Assembly: GCA_964106645.2 (NCBI GenBank)
Contig: OZ067040.1
Reading direction: 5' to 3' (one strand)
Origin: Podarcis pityusensis
Lineage: Eukaryota
Length of the DNA stretch: 64,000 nucleotides
Under the pieces are notes generated by a model. It was not told the origin of the DNA, did not search any database, and saw only the letters and a program-made list of their open reading frames with translations. How positions within the stretch are numbered: position 1 is the first letter of the stretch; the number at the start of each line of letters is the position of its first letter. Of the stretch, positions 52,001 to 64,000 are shown one piece after another. The position numbers and the translations under genes were made by a program.

Positions 52001-55000
52001 AAGTAGAAAGGGACGATTATTTCTCTCCAGCTTTGCTGGCAGGAAAATAGGCCATGCCCACTTGCATTAAGGCTTTCTTTTGAAATGTATTCGTGTAGGG
52101 CCAGAGATGGGCCTGGGGCTTTTTGGCCAATGGAGGACCAGAGCGAACAGGGATGATGTGAGTTGTAGGACAGCGGCATCAGGATGGGGCCACAGGTTCC
52201 CCATCTCGGACTTACTAAGGATGATTCGACTTCTGCTTTGTGACTTAAATCCACATCCTTATGATAAATAATATCTATCTAGAGAGCAGATGGATGCCAA
52301 CAACAACAGTATCTAGAGAGCAGTGCAGAAATTATGCTACCCCATAAGGCAGGTGTGGGGAACCTTTGGCCCTCCAGGTGTTCCTGAACTACAGCTCCTT
52401 CATCTCCTGGCATTGACTATGCTTGCTGGGGTTGGTGGGAGTTGTAGTTCAGCAACACCTGGAGGACCAAAGGTTCTCCACACTTGCAGTAAGGATGATG
52501 CCATTCTTCCAGCCACTCTTTGGTGGTAATAGCATGATGCCCTGTTCTGCGCAGAATTAGGATTGCTTTAAGACCATGGAAATCTTAGGCACGCAGATAA
52601 AAATGAGCCTGTTTCCTCTGGGTTTACTTGCAGACTCTAGAATCTATTTTCCGAAAAAGTGAGACAAAGCTTAATGATCTTACTACGAGTGAAGGGTTAG
52701 ATCTGCATCCCTGACAACACTTCTTCCAGACTAGTACATTATTATTATTATTATTGCTCTTGAGTATTGCTGTTGGCACCAGTGGAGCCAGCTTCAGAGA
52801 ATGCAGCTTTGATTTCATCCCCAAAGTGTCTTGATCTTTTATAAGCTTTTTGGAATGACCTCACCAATAGCATTTCAATGGCCCAAACTGAAATACCAGC
52901 ACAGTACTGAGAATACACCCAACTCAGTAGTATTCTGAATAGAATAACCCTAAAAAACACTCTGAAATTCCTTTGGTTTTTTCTGATTTAACAGAAAGTA
53001 AAAGTAGCTTCTTTATTTAGTTACAGTATTTATAGCCTACTCATCACTGAATATTTTCAACCCCAGAATAAGGATCAAAGTAATAAAACCATTACCATCT
53101 AATATAAACAGGTCCAACAAACAACAAATCAACAGTTCTTTCATAAGGGAAGCAACAATGCTATAATGATAAACATTAAACTTTCCAGTTTAACCAAATG
53201 CCTAGGTAAAAAAAGAAGAAGACATTCAAACAGATTAAACAACCAACAATTCCCACCCCATTTTTCATTTCTGGTGGAGATGCTGAGGTAATCCACTTGC
53301 TTCCCACCATCTCTCATACAAAGAAGGCTCCACTCTGAGCCAACAGACTCACTTCGTAGATTTTGAACAGCTTCCATCTCATCCAGGCTCTTGCCCTGAG
53401 CATGGGTGTAGCCGGGGGGGGGGCATTTGCCCCCCCAAATCAAGTGAATCAATAAGAATAGTTAACTAATTGAGGTTCTGCCCCTGCCCAACATAAATCC
53501 TGGCTACACCCATGGCCCTGAGTGGTATGAATTGTTGCCCACAAGGATCTACAGCAAGAAACTCCTCCTACTTGACCATGGAAGCAACAGTGGTTGGGGG
53601 AAAAAAGCACAAAAGAAAAAGAGGGTGGCAATAAGGCCCTGCTAGTGTTTCTCTCCCAATCCTGACAAAACTCCTGGGCCTCCAAGCCGGTAAGGCTACT
53701 AGGGAGGAATATGCAGGTGAATTTGCTGGCCTCTCACAACTCTGTCCTCCTTACCAGCTGCCGCAAACCACATTCAGGGTCCTCTAGGGAAATTAATGTG
53801 CTTCTCTATATAGACTGTGCCCTAGTTCTCAGAATACACTTAATTAGGATATGTTTTACACAGTACACAGCAGCAAACTCAGATTGGCCATTAAGTGCGT
53901 TCACACCGGGGGAGCAGCAACTCATGCAGTCTGCTTGATTGTACCTGCACAATTTATGTATACACAAATGGAAGTTTGGTATGTCACACATAGTCTTTTT
54001 TCCCTTTCCAGTGAACCTTTGAAAACATAAATTTGTGAAGTGTCCTATGACATTGGTTGCGTCTAGGAATGTTACCTTGCTGACAGCTGGGATCAAATTT
54101 TTAAAATGGATTTTCAAATGCTGAGGATATCAAATGTGGGCAGATACCACCTGCAAATTGAAACAAATGTGCATGACTTATATATGGAATATACTATCGG
54201 CAGATACAGCGATGGTTGGCAGGATAACTCCATGCAAGTACCCCTGTACAAATTTGCAATACCACTTCAGGTTTGCTAAGATAATCAAACCTTAATCCGA
54301 ATGACAGCTTGGAGTTTTCTCTGTGCTGTGCTTCCTGGACAGTATTTATTTGGAACTTAAAAGTATTGTCGCAAATGTGACACTAGCATAGATAACCTAG
54401 TCTTCTGATGACACACTGGTACCTTGGGGGCAAAGACATTTCCTCTATAGAAGGTTGGTTTTTATTTTTGACATTGATCTCTTTTCCTCCGTTACTTCCC
54501 ATTGTATGACGAAAATCGGTATCATGCCTTGACAAGCAAGAGTAATGATGAGCAAGAACACTGTGTGCGTATGCACGCACGGTGTGTTCAGCATTTGCAG
54601 AGAGTTATTTAGTTGTCAGTGATTCTCACACGGATTCATAGCTGCTTATGTAAGTTGTTGCCATGGCATCTTGCATCTTTAAAATTGCATAAGCTTTCGT
54701 TCTCCAGCCAAAAATAAGGCACTAACAAGAGCAGGGACTATTACATGCTAGGTGCAAGAATTGTAATGTAGCCACAAACGGCATCACTGTGCCAGCCAAG
54801 CTGGTGCGTGATGGGAGTTGTGCTTTTTAACAACACAGGCTCCATAGCCGCCTTTGACCCGGCCTCTTATATAGGAGAAGGCATTGCACCTTTCGGTAAT
54901 ACTATGCAGCTCTGATCACTGACACCTGTCCACTGCTGCTGTATCTACTGTCTGATTGGAAACCTTAGTAATGGAGGGCTCTTTTTCCTACTTTACATTG

Positions 55001-58000
55001 CTGACTCTTGTGTGCACCCAGCAAGAGTTGATTTTTAAAATTTTTATTTATTTTTTAATTGAATTTATATACCACCCTATACCTGGGGGTCTCATGGCGG
55101 TTCACAGAATAAAATCAAGATATAAAACCACAAAATACATAATAAAAATAAAAACAACCCCATAGCCCCTCCGCAAAAGAACACATTTTAAAAGGGCATA
55201 GAATGTAAATCAGATCAACCAAAGGCCTGGTTAAAAAGGAATGTTATTGCCTGGCGCCTAAAGGTGTATAATGAAGGTGCCAGGCGAACTTCCTTGTAGG
55301 GAAGTTTTTCCTACAGCGCAGATAAATCAAAGGAGTTATGGTACACTACCAGTCTGCATTGGTTTGCATAAGATGAGCCCTGCTAGATTAGGCCAGTGGC
55401 TCATCTAGTCCAGCATCTTCCTCTCACAGTGTCCAATCAGTGCAACAATGGTCTCCCAGCTTGTATTCCCCAGCAACTAGCATGCATAGGCGTTCTGCCT
55501 TCCAACAGTGGAGGTAGAACTTAGCTGTCATGACTGGTAGACACGAAGAGCCTTTGTCTCCATTAATTTGTCTTGTCCAGTGGCAGTGGGTGGGGTGCTC
55601 ATGGCAGCTGCTTTAGCATGCCTCTCGGGTAGGCCGGCCCTGGGAGGTGGGCAGGCTAAACCTAACCCTCCTTCTTTTCTCCCAGAGGATGAAGACCAAG
55701 AGAAAGCCGAGGAGAAAACCGAAGTTGAGAGTGGAGGCAAAAAGTCTGCCCCCAAAGGAGCTGGCGGGTCAGCAAGTTGCCCCCAAGGGCAGCCTTCGAG
55801 TCGTGGTGCTTTGGGCAGCCGGGGTGACAGAAGACGGGTGAAAAGTCCTCAAAGGATACATGCAGCAAAGGAGTTGAAACACCCATTTGCCTTGTATGGC
55901 TGGGGAGAAAAACAGACTGATACTGGGAGCCAGAAAACACACAATGTTTGTGCATCCGCTTCTGTGAATGAAGTAAGGCAACTTGAAATATATACTTATG
56001 GGTTGTGTGTCTAAGTCCTTGCCCTCCTGCCTGACTCCTTCCTTCACACTTGTAAGGTCAGCCCAGGTTTGTGTGGTGCCCACAGTGAACTAGGATGTTG
56101 CTGTTTCCTCATTCTTTGTCATCCTATGCTGGGCAAAATAACTACTGACATTTAATATGCTATACAGTGGTACCTCGAGTTACAAACGTCTCAGGTTACA
56201 AACTCCACTAACCTGGAAGAGTTACCTTGAGTTGAGAACTTTGCCCCAGGATGAGAACGGAAATCGTGTGCCAGCGGCACTGCGGCAAGAAGCCCCATTA
56301 GCAAAAGCACGCCTCTAGTTAAGAACAGTTTCAGGTTAAGAACGGACCTCCGGAACGAATTAAGTTTGTAACTAGAGGTACAACTGTAGTTAAGTTGGCT
56401 AATGTTGTCTTAACTTCCTGCCCTTCTGCTACTGTGCCTGTGCTCTGGGGCAGCCAACAGATACCAGCAGACTTTTGACTGTGCCATCCCCAAAGGCAGG
56501 GAATACTATTGAACCCATCAGCTGCAAAGCGGCCCCTGTGCCAACTCATGAGGTCCCCTCATAAAATATTAAAAATAGTTTAAGCACACTACAAGCAAGA
56601 GTATAGGGTGGGTCCTTCTATATATCAGGTATCAAAAGCCAGGATGAAGAGATGTGTCTTCAGCATATGACAAAAATTACACAATGAAGGTGCCAGGCGC
56701 ACCTCTGTGGGGAGGGAATTCCACAGCTTAGGGGCTGCCCCAGAGGAGGCACTCTCCTAGGCTGCCACCACCTTAAACTTCCAGCGTGGTGATCCCCAGA
56801 GAGCCCCCTCTGCTGATCCTAACACCTGAGGGGGTCTGCAGGGAAGGAGGCAGTCTTTCAAAAATAGTCATCAAGGCTACCTGAGCCTCCAGTGACCATG
56901 TTGGGTCCAGGAGCATCCCTAAGCTATGGACCTACTCCTTTCAGGGGAGTGCAGCCCTGTCCAGAAGAAACCATCTCCCCAGACTCAAGAAGTGAAAACA
57001 ACCTATGTGTTTTCATGGCTTCAGTTTCAGTTTACTTGTGTGGGTATGTCAAAATGGAAGGGAAAGGGGTAGTATCTGATGTCAACATGTTCAAAGCTTC
57101 GGATAAATGAATGAGGGAAGAGCCTATAGGAATCCATTTGCCACATACAGGCATCTTCATATTCCCCCATAGTAAGTTGCCCTATTGTACTGAGACACCT
57201 ACTGGACCTTGTGAATGGAATGTTGGCCATTGATCTTCTGCAATTATATTCCTTGGTTGATGGTAATGGGCTGCGACATTGTCACTGGCATCCTATGCTG
57301 TAGTTATGAAGTGGAATCTTCTTCCACCTTGTTTACAGATTATATTGGAACATTATTTGCTAACTCTAATTAATACAAAGCTTTTGTTTGTTTGTTTCTG
57401 GCTGCCGTTTCAGTGCTGCTGTGGAGGGAATTCCCGATGCTAGAACGGTTGCCCTGTCAGGATATGAGAGAGAATAATCTTTGTAAAACAGCAGGCAGTT
57501 AGCATCAAGTGTCCCAAGGCAGAGTGAGCTCAAGTTTAGGTATGGCATAAAAGGTTGAAAGTACTGACGGTAGGCTCCTGGTACTTGAATGACATTGGGA
57601 AGCTGTAAGTTCTTGCAAAAGTGCTGCTGATCTGTGAAATGTTAGATTCAGCATAAAGGATATTAATGTAGTTCTGACAGCAGTATGGAAGAAATACAAG
57701 AAAGGCAGCTATTGTGTGTGTGTGTGTGTGTGTGTAAAATAATACAGCACGTACTGGTTAAATTTGCATATCTAGATTTAGTCTAGCTTAGTGCATTGAA
57801 ATCAGTAAATCTAAGCTTGTTTTAAATGGACATCTGTCATTAAGAGTGAATTACTTAAGTCCCAACAGATACTGGCATTTGCTACTGAATAGAAAAAAAT
57901 GGCGTTTATAATAGAGCCTACACATATTTATGATTGGATGGCTAACATATCTGTACACAGCCTAACATGCCTTTGTACAACCTCTGCAGGTTAGTGGATG

Positions 58001-58813
58001 GCTAAATCCTTCAGCCTCTCAGGTTAGCAGCTGAGCTTATTGCATTTGTGCTTCATACCCTAACCCAATGCCATGCATATTCACTCACCTATGAAAAGTT
58101 GGTGATTCAATATTGGATGTGCACAGCTAATTAGCACGTTTTTTATTTTACTTAACGTGCACCTGACTTTTCAGTTTGAAGAACTTTTCCCAAGTGGCTT
58201 ACGAATGAAAGCAAGAATAGATACTATCCAATAGTTTAAAAATGGAAGTGGTAAATAGCAGAACAGTGTTAGCATATGGAAAGCCACAATAAACCTTAAA
58301 AGCAGCAGTAAATATCAGTCTCCGTTTAGTTAAAAGAGGCAAAATTTTAATGGTTTTTGCCTGGTGCCAAAACCTGACCGTGCCTTGGTTTTCAAACCAT
58401 TTTGGGAGTTGAACAGACTCCCATAACGGATGAAATTCGAGAACCAAGGTATGACTGTAGCAAGATAATAACTGGCATATCAAATACGGTAACTAGACAA
58501 AGTTTTGGGATTCTGGATGCTAGTTGCTTGAAACTACAGGAGGGGAGACTGCTCTTGAGCTCAAATCCTGCTTGCAGGTTTCTCACAGGCATCTAGATGG
58601 CCACCAAGAATCATCTAACACTTAAATATCTCTTGTTAGATCCACGAGTCTGCACTGAGAGCGAAGAACAGAAGGCAAGTGGAAAAAAGGAAGCTGTCTC
58701 AGAGGCGGATTCATTCAGCGGAAGTAGAACAAGCCTGGAGAGCAAAATCTGCTGCACCAGACAACCCCTGGATGACAGAATACATGAGGTGCTACTCAGC
58801 ACGAGCACGGTGA
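51033..58813 (+). CDS. CCSAP: Centriole, cilia and spindle-associated protein (267 aa)
   Basis: Exons 51033-51375, 55686-55972, 58640-58813 (TGA) = 804 nt in frame. Motifs [100 protein letters not shown]. Confidence 0.94.
52350..52486. mobile_element. hAT-type hairpin MITE
   Basis: Long inverted arms CAGGTGTGGGGAACCTTTGGCCCTCCAGGTGTT / AACACCTGGAGGACCAAAGGTTCTCCACACTTG; degenerate 8-bp TSD CCATAAGG/CAGTAAGG. Confidence 0.8.
53401..53514. mobile_element. hAT-type MITE with perfect 8-bp TSD
   Basis: TIR CATGGGTGTAGCC / GGCTACACCCATG; TSD GCCCTGAG at 53393-53400 and 53515-53522. Confidence 0.88.
55040..55300 (-). mobile_element. L2-type LINE 3' end fragment
   Basis: (TTTA)n start, GCGGTTCACAG and GCCTGGCGCCTAAAGG...GGTGCCAGGCG; a similar fragment lies at 56620-56870. 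Confidence 0.55.
56165..56386. mobile_element. TcMar-type MITE (family of 18281-18506)
   Basis: TA|CAGTGGTACCTCGAGTTACAAAC ... GTTTGTAACTAGAGGTACAACTG|TA; shared internal TCAGGTTAAGAACGGACCTCCGGAA. Confidence 0.88.
57713..57735. repeat. (TG)n microsatellite
   Basis: Direct reading. Confidence 0.9.
58378..58457. mobile_element. Partial TcMar MITE (one end)
   Basis: Ends GAGAACCAAGGTATGACTG|TA; homologous to the 47803 and 60188 elements. Confidence 0.6.
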
Positions 58814-60187
58814 TTCCACATTTGCCTGGACCTGTCTTTTTTTAAATTCAGAAATAGTGTACGAAAGCAACGGGTGAAGAATTCCAAACCACTTATGCAA
58901 GATTTTTAACAAAAGGATTTTTCCAGCAGTTTGATATACTTGTTTATATTTTGGCTACTTATCCCTGCAGGAGAGGGAATAATTGATTCCATACTGGTGG
59001 GAACTATGCTTAGCAGTATAGCTTCTTTACAGTTTTTTTTTTTAAAAGAAGAATATTAAGAGATCTTTCTGTTGACCTTGAGCGGAAAAGCTATGGAATG
59101 TTGTAGAATGAACTTTTTAAAATGAAAGACCTCAGAAGGGTTATTTTGACAAATATTTAGTCCCTCCTTAATCATTAAAACATATGGACCATAATCCATG
59201 GGAAATTTCTTGCCCTGATGTTGCATAGAACTCAAAACTTTTCCCTATAGGGGAGCCATAAGGCTTTACAAATCAGGTCTGTAAAAATTATTTGTAGGTG
59301 CCATTGTATTTTCATGTGATTCTAGTTAAGTTGCTATGATTTTCCTCAGACCTGTACAACTTGAGACCTAGCGAGCCAAATGCAGACTTTCTGCCCTCTG
59401 TGGATTCAATCCAGTGACTACAAAAACAGGGGACTGTTATCTATCTATCTTGCTGTGAAGGCCAGATGTGCAGGCTCTTGCAGCCAGATGTGTAGAAGAT
59501 TGTATAATTGGAAATGCTCCATTTTTAGAATTCTGAAAGCTCTCCCCAACTTTTGGTAAATATATAGTGACTTGTTCAGGTTTACATTCCAGTTTTAGGT
59601 TTTGTGACCATCTGGAACTGGAGATTTTGGTGCAATAGATTAGTAATGTGACGTGTTTATGTTTTTAGCTTTTTAAATTTGCTATCATGAGCCTGTGGTA
59701 CCAAATGGCAGGTGTAGACAATCATTAACTATTAGTTATCAGTACTTTGCAGTAAGTAACATGGACTTGGTGACAGTGAACTGGGATGTAGATTTTTTTT
59801 AATGCTTTATTTGGGTGGATTAAATATGCTTTGTAAAGAGTTTTGTTAGGTGAGCTTCTGCATAAGTGAAATGTTACGACTATTTCAGCTCTTGAATTGA
59901 ACCTACCAGACCAAGTTAGTGTATATTCCAGAGGCATGTTCAGGACTCAGGCAAATTTTGCTATACTTCTCAAGTGTATGACATGCCCCTTATCCCCCCC
60001 CCCCCGACCACCAAAAAAAGTTGATTTGTGTAATTCAGAGGATGAAGCCATTGGCAATTATGAGAATGTAACAAATCTGTTACAGTTTAAAGTTTGTATC
60101 GCATATTGTGAGACTACCTGCCATTTTTGTGTGTGTATCAAACACCGAACTGGTGGTTAATAAGCTGCTTAAAATAGTCTCCTTATA

Positions 60188-60421
60188 TAGTCAAACCTTT
60201 GTTCTCAAGGTTTTTTAACGTTTCGGCTCCCAAACGCCGAAAACCCGGAAGTAAATGCTCCGGTTTTCGAAGGTTTTTCGGAAGCCAAATGTCCGACGTG
60301 GCTTCCGCTTGAGTGCAAGAAGCTCTTGCAACCAATCGGAAGCTGCGCCTTGTTTGTCGAACATTTCGGAAGTCAAATGGGATTCCAGAATGGATTACAT
60401 TTGACAACCGAGGTTTGATTG
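60188..60421. mobile_element. TcMar-type MITE within the putative CCSAP 3'UTR
   Basis: TA|TAGTCAAACCTTTGTTCTC ... GACAACCGAGGTTTGATTG|TA; body homologous to 47803-48054 (inverted). Confidence 0.78.
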
Positions 60422-62990
60422 TATTTCAAATTATGTTGGCTCCATTCATGTAGGGGTGGTTTTATGCAGCTGGCATTAGTCTCAATCATTAAGACTTAAA
60501 TAACTCAAATTTTGGGAAACAGTTATTGGTAGCCTTTCATTCCAAAGGCTACATCAGGTACTCTCCCCAGAAACTCTGTGGTTACTCAGTGTTTGAGTTC
60601 TCTCTTCCATGGTTGCTGCAGGTGGCTTTTGGCTCCTTTGACTTCTGCTTTCTTTCCATCTGTAGGCCTGTGGTTGGAACTATGTTTCCTTCAGTCTTTT
60701 TTTAATTTAATCCCTTATCTTCACTTTACAAAATTAAAGGACTTCAATTGTACATGGCTTTAACATAATAATACATTTCTCTATCTTTGTTATACAATAT
60801 TGACTCCCGTCCTGCTTCCAAGGGATACATGAAGGACTTTTTTTCTTGTGTCCTAAAGACCACTTTTCTTAAACAACTGGCAGCTTTTTGAAAATATTTT
60901 GGATTCTCTTTTCAAAGGGCTGTTCATGTTGCCATCTTTTAACTTCACAGAATGTGTTCAGCTCAACTTCTTGTAAGCTAACTGACACATGGATGGACGT
61001 TGGAAATTTTGAAGACACTGTTGAAACAAGGATACTAAAAGTCTGGGTTTTCAGTCTTCCACAAGGATGTGTTGGGTGGCTTAAGTCACTTATAATTCTG
61101 GTAATTTGCAAATGGGGTGTGTGCATATCGCTGTTGCACTTGGAGCATCTGCTTGCTTCTCTGTGTAGTGTGGTTTTTATCTTAACTTTAAGCGATCCCC
61201 TCCTCCCCTTCAACTGGGCATTAATGTGGAGTTAGACATGGAGTCTCTTGGATTGCAATCCTAAACATGTTTACTCAGAAGTCTCATAGAGTTCAGTGAC
61301 ACTTCCAGGCAAATGAGCAAAGGATTGCAGGTGCATTTCCTGACAAAAGCCCTGTTCAGCTGTGATAAAAATCCATAAATATAGCATGTGAGTACCACCC
61401 TGTCTCTGTCTCCCTCTGTAAATTGAAGGGCAGGTGTGCAAAGCGAGGAACCTGCTTCTACGGGTGAATATTTCCTGTGCATTTTAGAATCCAGGTTTAA
61501 CAAGATTCTGCATCACTCAAGGAGCCTCCATGCAGGTCCCCCCCCCCCCATTTCTTGCATTATATTTTCAGATAGTCCCACCTGAAGAGGGCTAAAGTTG
61601 GCAGGAAATGGCAAAACTACCATCCTCACTAGGAAATAAAGAAGCTTATTTACAGATGTGTTTACTAAAGCTGGAATTGGTGGTGGTGGGACGACAAATT
61701 CTGAGCTGTTCCAGTCTTCTAGGTATAAATAATGCTTTTGCTTTTAATTTTAAAATAGGGACATTCTCATGAGAAAGACCCCTCTTTCCTTGTTGGAACT
61801 TGAGAAAAGTCCTATTTATGGCCCATCTGTCTTCACAAAACTGGCATAGTATCACTACCAAATGCATGAAACTGAAATGCACAAATGACACTCATTGTTC
61901 CAGCACAGAAAAAAAGAAGAAGTATCTACTGTTCCAATTAGACATTTACTTTTGTGAAACATGTTTATGGTGTGACATTGTGCAAAAAAAGGTATGCTTT
62001 GTGTATATTTGTACCACCACGTTTCTTGAATCACTATCCAGTAACTTCAACAACAAGCTATTGTTAGCAAGAGTTGACTTCTCTATTTTTAAATATCATG
62101 GTTATGCTTTTTCTTTTCTTTTTACTGTTTACCCTCAGGCATCTTGCTTGTACTGAGCCCTCCTTCACTATTACTGGCAGCTATGTCTTCTGTAAGCATG
62201 GAGCAGAATGCATATTCAGCCCTGGGATTAGACTTCCCCTAGAATTGACCAAATTTGGTGAGGGTCCCACATCCTCCCTGCCTTTTGAAGCTTTTGGGGT
62301 TGGCACAATGGTAGATGTAGTGCTAGACCTGTTGTATGATGGGAAAATGGCTCTGGCTCAACTTCCCTCAGGGTCTTCTCCCACCTTTGAAATGTGTCTC
62401 CCCTGCTTGAGCTGCCAGGGCAGACGGGAATATAAGCAATTGAGACCACTCACATTTTAGCCTACTGAAAACTGTCTATACCAGATTGGCATTAAATATG
62501 GCTTCTAGATGAGAAAGTTACCTTCTTGATGTGGGAGGCAGCATCACCTGAAGCACAAACTATCTACTAGTTTATGTTTGCATACTCCTGCCTCCTTGAA
62601 ATATGTTGGTTTGTGACAGGCTAGGAGTACCAAAACGCTGGTGTAATACAAAGAGCAACATATAGCCTAAAGCCATAAAGTGTGAGTAACCAGACCAAGC
62701 ATGGCAGTCTTTTGAGCACGACTGTTTAAGGCCCAGATACTTGAACAGGTGGGGGCTATAAACTCTTGACTCTGTTCCTGTATGTAGTTCCTATAATGTA
62801 AAGTTAAAGGTACAGGGAAGCTGCCACACTTAGCTTTTGTGAGCACTGAAATCACTTTAGATAAAAGCTTGGGGAAAAATAAGCTTGAAGCAATATGTGA
62901 CTTAGAATGTGTTTTTAAATAGTGTGTTTTTTTTCTAATGTTCTTGTGTTATTTATATTTAATTGTACTTGCCATGACTTTGTACATGTG

Positions 62991-62996
62991 AATAAA
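62991..62996 (+). terminator. Probable distal CCSAP polyadenylation signal
   Basis: AATAAA preceded by a U-rich tract and two TGTA motifs; implies a ~4.2-kb 3'UTR. Confidence 0.5.
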
Positions 62997-64000
62997 ATCA
63001 ATTTGGGGGGAAAAACATTTTGAAAAAGCAGTTGTTGTGCTTTCTTGATAATGGTGAAATAAGTCTTATGACTCTTATGTAAGTTTTAGGGGCCTTGTGC
63101 CTCTGAGTCCTCTCAGTGAGTTGCCACCTTAAGGCTAGTAACTGCAAAAGACTATAGCAGGAATAGGGAACCTCTGACCTAGAGCCCAAATACAGCCCCC
63201 AAGGACACTATTTGGCCTCTGACCAGACCTGCTTGTACCTTCCTTGAGTTGTTTTTGGCTGGTTGTAATGTGTCCTTCCACTTTGACAATCCCTCTCTGT
63301 TGCCTGTAAGATAGAGAGGGATGCAAAAGAATGTGTAGAAATTAACCGCCTCCCAATCTTTTTTCTCTCTGCATCATGCATAATTTTATTCATCATGTCT
63401 CCTCTTCCCCTTTTCGCAAGCTAAAAACTCCCAATTGGCTTTTTGGAACACAAAAACTTTTCTTCATAGGGTTATTGCTGCACCCTTCCTTGATCATTTT
63501 GGTTGCCCTTTCCTGAACCTTCCACCATAGGTTTAGAAAACTATGGTATTTATTCCCACAAAATGCACCACCTTGGATGCCTTTAAGAGATTAGTCAAAT
63601 TTGTGGTGAATAAGGCTATGTTTTACCTCAGGCCTGTGGGTTGAATGTGGCCCTCCAGGCCTCTCTCCCTCTGGCATCCAGAATTCTTCTCAGGCCAGAA
63701 CCCTCACTGGAACCACAAGTCATTTTGCGTGGCTGAAATGTGTTCTTAAATTCCACTAATTTCTCTTGTTTTGTCTGGATGGGTAATACGGGTTTTGTGT
63801 GTGTTGAAAACTAGCCTGCTGTACAAAGGCAAAGGTTACATTGACTCTGGCCACTTTTGCTTCTGGCTCCATCTACCACTGCAGCATGGGCCCTAAAGGT
63901 TGCGCAAACTGGAATGTGGCCATTGGGTTGAAAAATATTCCCCACTATGGACACTAATTTTAAGCTGCTTTCAGACACAACTGAGCGACACTAGACATCT

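Noticed and set aside
50625-52254. Long minus-strand ORFs (306 aa and 392 aa) over the CCSAP 5' region
   Set aside because: Low-complexity R/P/A/G translations typical of stop-poor CpG islands, antisense to a real exon, with no recognisable domain.
61800-62460. 118-aa and 128-aa ORFs as a possible small gene (e.g. SPHAR-like) or RAB4A exons
   Set aside because: Non-ATG starts, no recognisable similarity or splice structure; more likely UTR sequence. No RAB4A coding exon was seen in the window.

Overview
Vertebrate genomic DNA, most likely from a lacertid lizard (Sauria/Squam1 SINEs, a Squam3-type CORE-SINE with a (CTT)n tail, squamate-type MITEs). Three intron-containing genes lie on the + strand in the same order as in human: the 3' part of NUP133 (20 coding exons, 244-21737), the complete skeletal alpha-actin gene ACTA1 (CpG-island promoter with three CArG boxes, M-CAT and TATA; CDS 32155-35748; a 146-N gap in exon 3 that exactly matches the missing codons), and CCSAP (CDS 51033-58813, probable long 3'UTR). 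Exon boundaries were read by hand from GT-AG sites and frame continuity. The most unusual structure is a three-level nest at 43603-46270. A TcMar-type MITE has its left TIR split by a Sauria SINE. The SINE is in turn split by a ~2.06-kb poly(A)-tailed element flanked by a 16-bp TSD. That inner element has an L1-like CpG-rich 5' end and an intact 201-aa ORF I do not recognise, but no reverse transcriptase, so it is a candidate HAL1-like non-autonomous retroelement. No CRISPR, rRNA or true tRNA genes were seen.
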